From Candidatus Krumholzibacteriia bacterium (lineage in GTDB: Bacteria > Krumholzibacteriota > Krumholzibacteriia > LZORAL124-64-63), in assembly GCA_050174015.1 (NCBI GenBank), contig JBFXKG010000008.1, positions 64,001 through 128,000 on the forward strand: a stretch of 64,000 nt of DNA. Direction: 5' to 3'. Below, in pieces: positions 39,272 to 46,963 of this stretch. The notes beneath the pieces are model-generated. The model worked only from the letters and a program-made list of their open reading frames with translations, was not told the DNA's origin and did not search any database. Each line of letters opens with the position of its first letter. The first letter of the stretch is position 1. Both the position numbers and the translations under genes were made by a program.

Positions 39272-39463
39272 GCCCGCCATCGTTGCAGACTGCACTGAGG
39301 ACTACGGGAAATCCTTGCCCCCTGCAGTCTTGTCCGGGCGGGGCTCGCAGGGGTGTCTTTGAACCCCGTTCCGACATTCGAAATCAATTCGAAACCTCTT
39401 GAAATTGAACAGTCTAGAATTAATCTGGAGGACTCCGGGGGGGCGTGGCGGGTTCCGCACGGG

Positions 39464-39478
39464 TGGCATCCCCATTGC
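39464..39478 (+). promoter_or_regulatory. Sigma-54 promoter
   Basis: TGGCAT-CCCCA-TTGC, near-perfect TGGCAC-N5-TTGC consensus, about 55 nt upstream of ATG 39533. Confidence 0.75.
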
Positions 39479-39532
39479 TTCAACAGGGAGGCGGGGTGGG
39501 ATCGGAACCCTCCACCCGCGGAAAGGTCAAGG

Positions 39533-40174
39533 ATGTTCGGGATGATCAAAAGACATGGTGTGGTGGCCTTCGGTCTGGGCGCGCTGGTCGCGGCGGTGGC
39601 CGCCCAGGCGGCGGTCCCGGTGCTGATCGAATGGGAATCCTGCCCCGACGAAGGATTCGTCCTGAAGGCCGGCGGGGAGACCGTCCAGTACGGGATCATG
39701 CTGGGCAGGGAGGACGGCAGCGAGGAGCTGGTGGCCATGACCGCCGACACGCTCTACACCCTGCGAATCGATCCCGGCAGCACCGTCCGGGTCTGCGTCC
39801 AGGGACTGGACGCCGAGGGGAATCCCACCGTCCGCAGCGAATGGTCCGAACCTCTGCTGTTCAAGTCGGACGACGAGATCCCCGGTGGGGGCCCCTTCCT
39901 CCAGCCGAACTTCCCCAATCCCTTCAATCCCGCGACGACCCTGACCTACCTGATCCCCGAGGATCTGAAGCCGGGCGCGCCCGTGAGGATGGAGGTCTTC
40001 ACGGTCCGGGGGACGCGGGTCCGCACGCTGGACCTGGACCGGTCGCCGGGCTGGCATCAGGTCCGCTGGGACGGAACCGATGACGAGGGACAGAGGGCGG
40101 CGTCGGGAACCTATCTGGCCCGGTACCTCGTGGGAGCCATGGTGGAGACCCGGAAAATGGTCATGTTGAAATAG
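39533..40174 (+). CDS. Small secreted protein with Fn3-like domain and C-terminal FlgD-Ig/T9SS-type sorting domain
   Basis: Signal peptide ending AQA; 'SEWSEP'; 'PNFPNPFNPATT', 'VRWDGTDDEG', 'ASGTYLAR', 'RKMVMLK'. Confidence 0.8.
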   Translation: MFGMIKRHGVVAFGLGALVAAVAAQAAVPVLIEWESCPDEGFVLKAGGETVQYGIMLGREDGSEELVAMTADTLYTLRIDPGSTVRVCVQGLDAEGNPTVRSEWSEPLLFKSDDEIPGGGPFLQPNFPNPFNPATTLTYLIPEDLKPGAPVRMEVFTVRGTRVRTLDLDRSPGWHQVRWDGTDDEGQRAASGTYLARYLVGAMVETRKMVMLK

Positions 40175-40182
40175 GTCCAGGG

Positions 40183-40210
40183 GCGCCGGTGCAACCGGCG
40201 CTTTCCCTTC
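40183..40210 (+). terminator. Probable terminator
   Basis: GCGCCGGT-gca-ACCGGCGC followed by TTTCCCTTC. Confidence 0.55.
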
Positions 40211-40278
40211 GGCCCGATAATGCCTAAATTAGCCCCTCGTATCGCCACGGGGGGCTTTGGCTTTTTCAGAGGATTGCA

Positions 40279-42531
40279 ATGACCGAGACGAACGCCCAGG
40301 GGCCATCCCTGATCAAGCTGGGGAAACTGGCCAACAGCAAGGAATTCGAGAAGCTCGAAGGGCTCTGGCTCGAGGCCCTCAACCAGACCGGTTACACCTG
40401 GCGGGAATTGTTGCCCATCGCCGGCCAGGTCGGGCGACAGGGCGCGGCAGGGCGGGCCGACACCCTGCTGGAAATGCTCATCGGCTGGGTCGAGGAGAAC
40501 CGGGGGCCGGCGCAGGCCCTCGAGGCCGTACGCAAGGCCGCCGACCAATTGCCCGGCGGCAGGGGGATCCGCGGGAATCTCAAGCGGCTGTTCCTGCTCC
40601 AGAACGACAACGATCCCGAGCTGGCCGATCTGGCGGATCTCCTGCTCGAGAGAGAGCAGCAGCTTGACACGGTCGTCGCCACGCTGGAACTGTACTCGAA
40701 GCTGCGACCCGGCTGTTACGCATCCGCTCCGGATTTCCTGATCCCCGGCATCGTGGAGGAATTCACCGGTTCGGCCGGCCGGGTGCGCCTGCGTTTCGGG
40801 GACCGCCGTGCGGAGTACGGCGCCCTGACGGTCCAGCGCCTGGTGCCCCGTTCACCGGATCACTTCCCCTCCCTCGTCCTGTACGATCCATCCCGGCTGC
40901 GGGATGTGGCCCGGGACGATCCCTGCGGTTTCATCAAGCTGGCCCTCAATTCCAACCGGGAGCAGCGACTGAGCTATCGCGACCTGAAGCAGACCGTCAC
41001 GGACCTGCTGGGAGAGAAGGGATGGCGCGACTGGTGGAAGGCCGCCAAGCCCGCCCTGAAGCGCGATCCCCTGATCGGGATGAGCGAGGGTTCCCAGCCT
41101 GTTTTCCGGCTCATGCGCCAGGAGGAACGCTACGAGGACAAGCTCCGGCGGGAATTCGACTACGCCAAGAACGCCCATGAGCGCCTGTTGAAGGTGATGG
41201 CCTATCTCGACGAGATCGGCCGCGAGGAACGCAACGGCAGCTGCCGGGGTTGCGCCGACGAGGAGTTGCTGCTGTATCTGGGCAACGGGGCCGCGAAGAG
41301 CGCGGTGGCCTGCCTCCAGGACCAGCAGCCGGTTCTCGCCCTGGCCGGTCTGGCCATCCATGCCGAGGTGGCGGCGCGCGGAGTGGCGGTCGCCCGGCCC
41401 AACCCCCGGGCGGCCAGCCAGGTGCTCGCCCGGATCAAGGATCCCGGCGTCCTGGCCACCGAACTCGGCGAAGGCCTCCTGAACAGGGTGCTGGCCTACC
41501 TGCGCGACGCCATGCCGGAGGACTGGGGCAAGGTCTGGGCCTCGGTCCTGGCCCGGGCCGGCAAGCGCATGTGCGACGTCATCGCCAAGGGCCTGCTGGA
41601 GGGGGGGCAGCAGGAGGTCCTGGCCGCCGCGCTGCAGGGCGCCGTCGAGCGGCCCACCAACAGCCCCGACCTGCTGGGCTGGCTGTGGCGGACCCGGTTC
41701 ACCTCGGGACCCGCCGGCCAGTTCCTGGCGGGGATCGAGGCCTTGCCCGCCGCCAAGGTGGCCGACGCCATGTTCGCCCTGCTGGATTCGATCGGCAAGC
41801 TCTATGGCATGTCCCTGGACGAGAAGCACCTGAAGGTTCTGGAGGCCGGCAGGTCCGCCCTGGCCACCCAGAACAACCGGCCCCTGCTGGCGGTCATCGA
41901 CGCGGCCGACCGGGTCGAGGCCCTGCGTCTCAAGGGGATCATCAGCGGCAATTCCGGGCTCAACTCCGCCCATCGGGCCCAGCTCCTGGGTTACCTGCGC
42001 TCCAAGCACGCCGATCTGTTCGTGGAGATCACGCGGGAATGGGAGGAACCAGGCACCATCTACACGACCGAACCGGGTCTGCGCCGCCAGCAGGATGCGC
42101 TCAAGTTCATCATCGAGACGGAGATCCCCCAGGTGGCTCGCCAGATCGGCGAGGCCGCCAGCTTCGGGGACCTCAGCGAGAACAGCGAGTACACCGCCGC
42201 CCTGGAGAAGAGGGACCAGCTGGCCAGCCGCGCCACCCGGATGCAGGCGGAACTGGACATGGCCAAGACCATCTCCCACGACATGGCCGCCAGCGATTTC
42301 GTCAACATCGGCACCCGGGTCACCGTCCGCCTCCTGCCCGATGGTCCCGAGGAGGTCTACACCTTCCTGGGTCCCTGGGATACCGACGTGGAGAACCGCA
42401 CCCTGAACTACCAGGCGCCCCTGGCCCAGGCGTTCATGGGCGCCAAGGCGGGGCAGGTGGTCGGGTACGGCCAGGGGGAAGAGGGCCGGCAATGGGAGAT
42501 CGTCGCGATCGAACCCGCGCCGGGGATCTGA
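40279..42531 (+). CDS. greA: GreA/GreB-family elongation factor with about 590-aa N-terminal extension
   Basis: C-terminal 'AASFGDLSENSEY', 'YTFLGPWD', 'APLAQAFMG'. Confidence 0.8.
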   Translation: MTETNAQGPSLIKLGKLANSKEFEKLEGLWLEALNQTGYTWRELLPIAGQVGRQGAAGRADTLLEMLIGWVEENRGPAQALEAVRKAADQLPGGRGIRGNLKRLFLLQNDNDPELADLADLLLEREQQLDTVVATLELYSKLRPGCYASAPDFLIPGIVEEFTGSAGRVRLRFGDRRAEYGALTVQRLVPRSPDHFPSLVLYDPSRLRDVARDDPCGFIKLALNSNREQRLSYRDLKQTVTDLLGEKGWRDWWKAAKPALKRDPLIGMSEGSQPVFRLMRQEERYEDKLRREFDYAKNAHERLLKVMAYLDEIGREERNGSCRGCADEELLLYLGNGAAKSAVACLQDQQPVLALAGLAIHAEVAARGVAVARPNPRAASQVLARIKDPGVLATELGEGLLNRVLAYLRDAMPEDWGKVWASVLARAGKRMCDVIAKGLLEGGQQEVLAAALQGAVERPTNSPDLLGWLWRTRFTSGPAGQFLAGIEALPAAKVADAMFALLDSIGKLYGMSLDEKHLKVLEAGRSALATQNNRPLLAVIDAADRVEALRLKGIISGNSGLNSAHRAQLLGYLRSKHADLFVEITREWEEPGTIYTTEPGLRRQQDALKFIIETEIPQVARQIGEAASFGDLSENSEYTAALEKRDQLASRATRMQAELDMAKTISHDMAASDFVNIGTRVTVRLLPDGPEEVYTFLGPWDTDVENRTLNYQAPLAQAFMGAKAGQVVGYGQGEEGRQWEIVAIEPAPGI

Positions 42532-42566
42532 CCAGAACCTGGCCTGCCGGGCTGGTATTTTGCCGG

Positions 42567-42605
42567 AAGTCGCCGGGACGGAATGTTCCGGCGACTTTCC
42601 CTTTT
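42567..42605 (+). terminator. Rho-independent terminator
   Basis: AAGTCGCCGGGA...TTCCGGCGACTT stem followed by TCCCTTTT. Confidence 0.7.
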
Positions 42606-42737
42606 CATGATCAAGTTCTCCTGGAATTGCATCCGAAAGAATAAAAAAATTACTAAAAGATAAATGAATCCAAGGGATCCCCCGCCCCGTCATCTAAAGG
42701 AATCCCTGGCCGCCTCGGTTTTCAGCCAACCTTCAAC

Positions 42738-42752
42738 GGGAATAGGTCTTGC
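42738..42752 (+). promoter_or_regulatory. Sigma-54-type promoter of the filament operon
   Basis: GGGAAT-AGGTC-TTGC has GG-N10-GC spacing, with an A-rich tract at about 42626-42668 upstream. Confidence 0.45.
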
Positions 42753-42841
42753 GAATCGTGTCCGCACGATGCCGTCCGGTAGCCGGTCGGCGTTGCGGAC
42801 AGGATCCGGAATCGGCCGCAGGGATGCGGCGGGGGGAGTTC

Positions 42842-44518
42842 ATGGCCAAGGTCAAGACCAAGAGGCTGGGGGAGATCCTGATCGATGCCGGGATCGTCAC
42901 CCCCGAAAAACTCGATATGGCCTTGAACGAGCAGCGTCAGACCGGCGAGAAGCTGGGCATGATCCTGCAGCGCCTGGGCGTCTGTTCGGAGAAGGAGATC
43001 TCCAGGGTCCTGGCCGGGCAGGCCGGGGTGGACACGGTGGATCTGTCCCAGGTCAAGCTCGACCGCCATGCGATGGATCTGGTGGACAAGGAGTTCGCCG
43101 AGCAGCGCTCCGTGGTGGCCCTGGAGCACCGGGGCAGCACCCTGCGGGTGGCGATGGCCAACCCCACCGACCTGGAGACCATCGACCAGCTGGGCCGCAT
43201 GACCGGCCTGTACGTGGACGTGGTCCACGCGCCCGAACGGGAGATCCAGGATGCCCTGATCCGGCTGTTCGGCCAGCAGAAGGACGGGTCGGGAGACGTC
43301 CCGGTCCTGATCGAGCAGGCCCAGCGGGCCCTGGCCAGCGGCGTCAAGCTGGGCGACGGGGATTCCCCGTTCATCCGCCTGGTGGACATGCTGATCGCCG
43401 AGGGGATCGGCGACGGGGCCACGGACATCCACATCGAGCCGGAGGAGAAGGTCCTGCGGTGCCGGTACCGCATCGACGGGCGGCTGGTCCAGGGGGCCAT
43501 CCTGCCGCTGGATCTGCTGCCCATCGTCATCACCCGCCTGAAGATCATGGCCGAAATGAACATCAGCGAGAACCGCGTGCCCCAGGACGGGCGCATCCTG
43601 TTCGATCTGGGACGCAAGAAGGTGGACCTCCGCGTATCGACCTTCCCCACCGTGAACGGGGAGACGATCGTCTGCCGCGTGCTCGACAAGGAGGCGCTGA
43701 TCGTCGGCCTGGAGAAGCTGGGGATGCCGGAGCTGATGTACGAGGAATTCCGGCGGGACATCACCAGACCCAACGGCATCGTCCTGGTGACCGGGCCCAC
43801 GGGCTCGGGCAAGACGACCACCCTCTACTCCGCGCTGACCTACCTGAACAAGCCGGACACCAAGATCATCACGCTCGAGGATCCGGTGGAATACGAGTTG
43901 CCGGTCATCAACCAGGCCCAGATCAACAACGCCAAGGGCTTCACCTTCGCCAAGGGGTTGCGGGCGATCCTGCGGCAGGATCCTGACATCCTGCTGGTGG
44001 GCGAGATCCGTGACACCGAGACGGCCCAGCTGGCCATCCGTGCGGCGCTGACCGGGCACCTGGTCTTCAGCACCCTCCACACCAACAGCGCGGCGGGGGC
44101 GATCCCGCGCCTGCTGGACATGGGCGTCGAACCGTTCCTGCTGTCGGCAACCCTGGTTTCGGTGGTGGCGCAGCGCCTGGTGCGGACGATCTGCAGGGAA
44201 TGCGCCCAGCCGGGTACGCCCTCCCGCGAGGACCTTGACCTGGCCGGTCTGTCCCGGTCGGATGTCGAGGGGCTCGATCTCAGGCAGGGCAAGGGCTGCT
44301 CGCTGTGCCGCCAGACGGGTTACCGGGGCAGGATGGCCGTCTTCGAGTACCTGCGCATCGACAAGGACATCCGGCGGATGATCGTCGAGGGCAGGGATGC
44401 GGCGCAGATCGAGGCCGCAGCCCGGGCCGGCGGCCAGCTCACGCTGAAGGATGACGCCCTCGCCAAGTTCCGTGCGGGCCAGACGAGCCTCCAGGTAGTC
44501 ATGAAGGTGGTTTCATGA
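42842..44518 (+). CDS. GspE/PilB/MshE-family assembly ATPase with MshEN domain
   Basis: 'RLGEILIDAG', 'TDIHIEP', 'PQDGR', Walker A GPTGSGKTT, 'LEDPVE', 'LRQDPD', 'TGHLVFSTLH', two CxxC. Confidence 0.95.
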   Translation: MAKVKTKRLGEILIDAGIVTPEKLDMALNEQRQTGEKLGMILQRLGVCSEKEISRVLAGQAGVDTVDLSQVKLDRHAMDLVDKEFAEQRSVVALEHRGSTLRVAMANPTDLETIDQLGRMTGLYVDVVHAPEREIQDALIRLFGQQKDGSGDVPVLIEQAQRALASGVKLGDGDSPFIRLVDMLIAEGIGDGATDIHIEPEEKVLRCRYRIDGRLVQGAILPLDLLPIVITRLKIMAEMNISENRVPQDGRILFDLGRKKVDLRVSTFPTVNGETIVCRVLDKEALIVGLEKLGMPELMYEEFRRDITRPNGIVLVTGPTGSGKTTTLYSALTYLNKPDTKIITLEDPVEYELPVINQAQINNAKGFTFAKGLRAILRQDPDILLVGEIRDTETAQLAIRAALTGHLVFSTLHTNSAAGAIPRLLDMGVEPFLLSATLVSVVAQRLVRTICRECAQPGTPSREDLDLAGLSRSDVEGLDLRQGKGCSLCRQTGYRGRMAVFEYLRIDKDIRRMIVEGRDAAQIEAAARAGGQLTLKDDALAKFRAGQTSLQVVMKVVS

Positions 44519-45714
44519 GGGAGTACCGATACAGCGCCCTGACCACCACGGGCCAGACCATCTCCGGTCTGCGCCAGGCCCCGAACACCGAGGCCCTGGT
44601 CGCCGAGTTGATGGAGCAGGGGCTCGTGGTCCTCAAGAGCAAGCCGACCCTCGGGGCGCTCGGCGCGGTCTTCTCCCCCTCGCGGCGTATCGGGCGCAGG
44701 GAACTGCGCGACTTCACCCAGCACATGGCCACCTGTCTGCCGGCGGGGATTCCCGCCGTGGCCGCGATCGACGATTTCCGCCAGCAGAGCGAGGGGGTCT
44801 TCGGAGAGATCCTGACCGACATCCGCAACGACATCAGCAGCGGGACCCAGCTGGACGAAGCGTTCTCCAGGCACCCCGAGGTCTTCTCGCCCGTGTACCT
44901 GGCCCTGGTGGCGGCCGGGCAGAATTCCGGCGCCCTGGATGCGGCCTTCCTGGAGCTGGTGGCCTACCTGGAATGGAACGACAACCTGCGCAGCCAGACG
45001 AGCCAGGCCATGATCTATCCGTCCATCCTGTTCGCCGCGATCATCGGGCTCTTCCTGCTGATGATGCTGTTCGTGATCCCCCGCTTCAGCGCGATCTTCG
45101 AGGGCCTGAACGTGGAGCTGCCGACCCTGACCCTGAGGGTCATGGCGGCCGGGAGGTTCATGGGGAACTGGTGGTGGCTGGTCTTCGGCGCGGCGGGGGC
45201 CCTGGTTGCGGGGCTCAATGCGGCCGCGACCACCCGCAGGGGAAGTTACCTGAAGGACCGGATGCTCCTGGAGATGCCGGTGGTGGGAACCTTCATGCGG
45301 AAGCTGGCCCTGTCCCGTTTCAGCAAGACCTTCGCCATGATCTTCGGGGCTGGCGTGGACCTGATCCGGTCCCTGAAACTCGTGGCGGCGGTGGCCGGCA
45401 ACCAGGTGATGGCCGGGGAACTTGAGCAGGTCAGGCGCCGGGTCGCCTCCGGGGAGAGCCTGACGGCGGCCTTCAACGACACGACGCTGTTTCCGCCCCT
45501 GCTCCGGCGATTGATCTCGGTGGGGGAAAAGACCGGATCGCTCGACACGAGCCTGCGGAAGGCTTCGGAATACCTGGACAAGGAGATCCCCGAGGATCTC
45601 AAGAAGGCTTTCACGGTGTTCGAAGCCGTGGTCATCGCCCTGCTGGGCGTGATGGTCTGCGTGGCGGCGCTCGCCCTGCTGATGCCCATCATGTCCGTGC
45701 GGGCGGGAATGTAG
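44515..45714 (+). CDS. GspF/PilC-family platform protein
   Basis: 'AMIYP', 'FVIPRF', 'GEKTGSL'; two T2SSF repeats; ATGA coupling. Confidence 0.92.
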   Translation: MREYRYSALTTTGQTISGLRQAPNTEALVAELMEQGLVVLKSKPTLGALGAVFSPSRRIGRRELRDFTQHMATCLPAGIPAVAAIDDFRQQSEGVFGEILTDIRNDISSGTQLDEAFSRHPEVFSPVYLALVAAGQNSGALDAAFLELVAYLEWNDNLRSQTSQAMIYPSILFAAIIGLFLLMMLFVIPRFSAIFEGLNVELPTLTLRVMAAGRFMGNWWWLVFGAAGALVAGLNAAATTRRGSYLKDRMLLEMPVVGTFMRKLALSRFSKTFAMIFGAGVDLIRSLKLVAAVAGNQVMAGELEQVRRRVASGESLTAAFNDTTLFPPLLRRLISVGEKTGSLDTSLRKASEYLDKEIPEDLKKAFTVFEAVVIALLGVMVCVAALALLMPIMSVRAGM

Positions 45715-45729
45715 GGTGGAGGTTCACCC

Positions 45730-46932
45730 ATGACGATGCGTTCGGATCGCCGGCTGCGGCGCGACGGGTTCACCCTGATCGAGATCATCATCGCCGTGGC
45801 CATCGTGGCGATCATGGCCGGGGCCATCGCCCCGCTGGCCTTCAGGGAATTCGTCCGCATGCGGGAAGAGGAAACGACCAGGGAGCTGGCCATGATCGAG
45901 ACGGGCCTGCTGGAGTTCCTCGAGGACACGGGACGCTTCCCCTCCGAGGTCGAGGGCCTGGCCGCCCTGGTCGCCGACCCGGGTGCTCCCGGCTGGAGCG
46001 GGCCCTATTTCGGGGCGGGGAAGAACGATCCCTCCTCCGAGGTGACCACCGATTCCTTCGGGGATCCCTACCTCTACGACCATTCACCGGCGACGAATCC
46101 CGCCGGGGCGGCGGACCTCGTGGTGGCCAGCGGCGGCGCCGATCATGCGGTGACCTCGGGGGCCGTGGGCGGCACCTGGATCGCCGGCGGCGTCGGCGAC
46201 GACCTGCTGCAGCTCATCGCAGCGGGCCCGGTCACGCGGGACAAGATCGTCGCCGGACGCCAGGAGATGGAATTGATCGCCGCGGCCTGCGGCCGCTACT
46301 ACGAGGATCACCTGGGCTTTCCTGCCGGCAGCGGGGACCTGTCCGCGGATTACCTGGATCAGGGGATCGCCGGCGGAGCGTTCATCGATCCCTGGAACCG
46401 GCCCTACGTCCTGAACGACGACGGGATCATCCCGGCGACCTTGACGGTCAGGAGCTACGGTCCCGACCGCGCCGACGACGGCGGGGGCGGCGACGACCTG
46501 GTCATGACCGTCAGCAGCATCCCGCCGGGCCGCACGGCGACCCGCTGGCGCCTGGACATCGCCCAGGCGGCCCTGACGGCCAACCAGAGCGCCCCTCTGA
46601 CGGGATCCTGGGCGACCGACAGGCTGACCCTGGGTTTGACCGACTTCTTCGAGGTTGACGGCTGGGGCCGGCCGTTCGCCGTGAACACGGACGTCAGGGC
46701 CATCTTCTCCGTAGGGCCGGATGGGGACCCCGCCCAGACCGAGGACAACATACCGTCAGGCCTGGGACCCTCGGTCGGGGGTGGCGGCGGAGGTGGCGGC
46801 GGAGGTGGCGGTGGTGGCGGCGGCGGCAACGGCGGCAACGGCGGCGGCAACGGCGGCGGCAACGGCGGCAACGGCGGCGGCAACAATGGCGGCGGCAACG
46901 GCGGCGGCAGGGGCGGCGGCAGGGGCCGGTGA
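45730..46932 (+). CDS. Type IV (pseudo)pilin with three tandem GspG-like head domains and Gly-rich tail
   Basis: Prepilin site 'G|FTLIE'; three 'D-x-W/F-G/N...S-x-G-x-D...(D/E)D(L/N)' modules. Confidence 0.85.
   Translation: MTMRSDRRLRRDGFTLIEIIIAVAIVAIMAGAIAPLAFREFVRMREEETTRELAMIETGLLEFLEDTGRFPSEVEGLAALVADPGAPGWSGPYFGAGKNDPSSEVTTDSFGDPYLYDHSPATNPAGAADLVVASGGADHAVTSGAVGGTWIAGGVGDDLLQLIAAGPVTRDKIVAGRQEMELIAAACGRYYEDHLGFPAGSGDLSADYLDQGIAGGAFIDPWNRPYVLNDDGIIPATLTVRSYGPDRADDGGGGDDLVMTVSSIPPGRTATRWRLDIAQAALTANQSAPLTGSWATDRLTLGLTDFFEVDGWGRPFAVNTDVRAIFSVGPDGDPAQTEDNIPSGLGPSVGGGGGGGGGGGGGGGGGNGGNGGGNGGGNGGNGGGNNGGGNGGGRGGGRGR
46777..46929 (+). repeat. Low-complexity (GGC)n / GGCGGCAAC tandem repeat encoding a poly-Gly/Asn tail
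   Basis: Direct reading: ggtggcggcgga..., repeated ggcggc(ggc)aac units. Confidence 0.9.
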
Positions 46933-46963
46933 ACCGGGCCTACCAGGCACGATGGGAGCGGCG

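Noticed and set aside
39287..39330. AGACTGCA...TGCAGTCT inverted repeat as a possible ncRNA or riboswitch
   Set aside because: Short stem with no recognisable family features.
46777..46929. Repeat tract as a possible CRISPR array or non-coding VNTR
   Set aside because: No spacers; it is in-frame low-complexity coding sequence.
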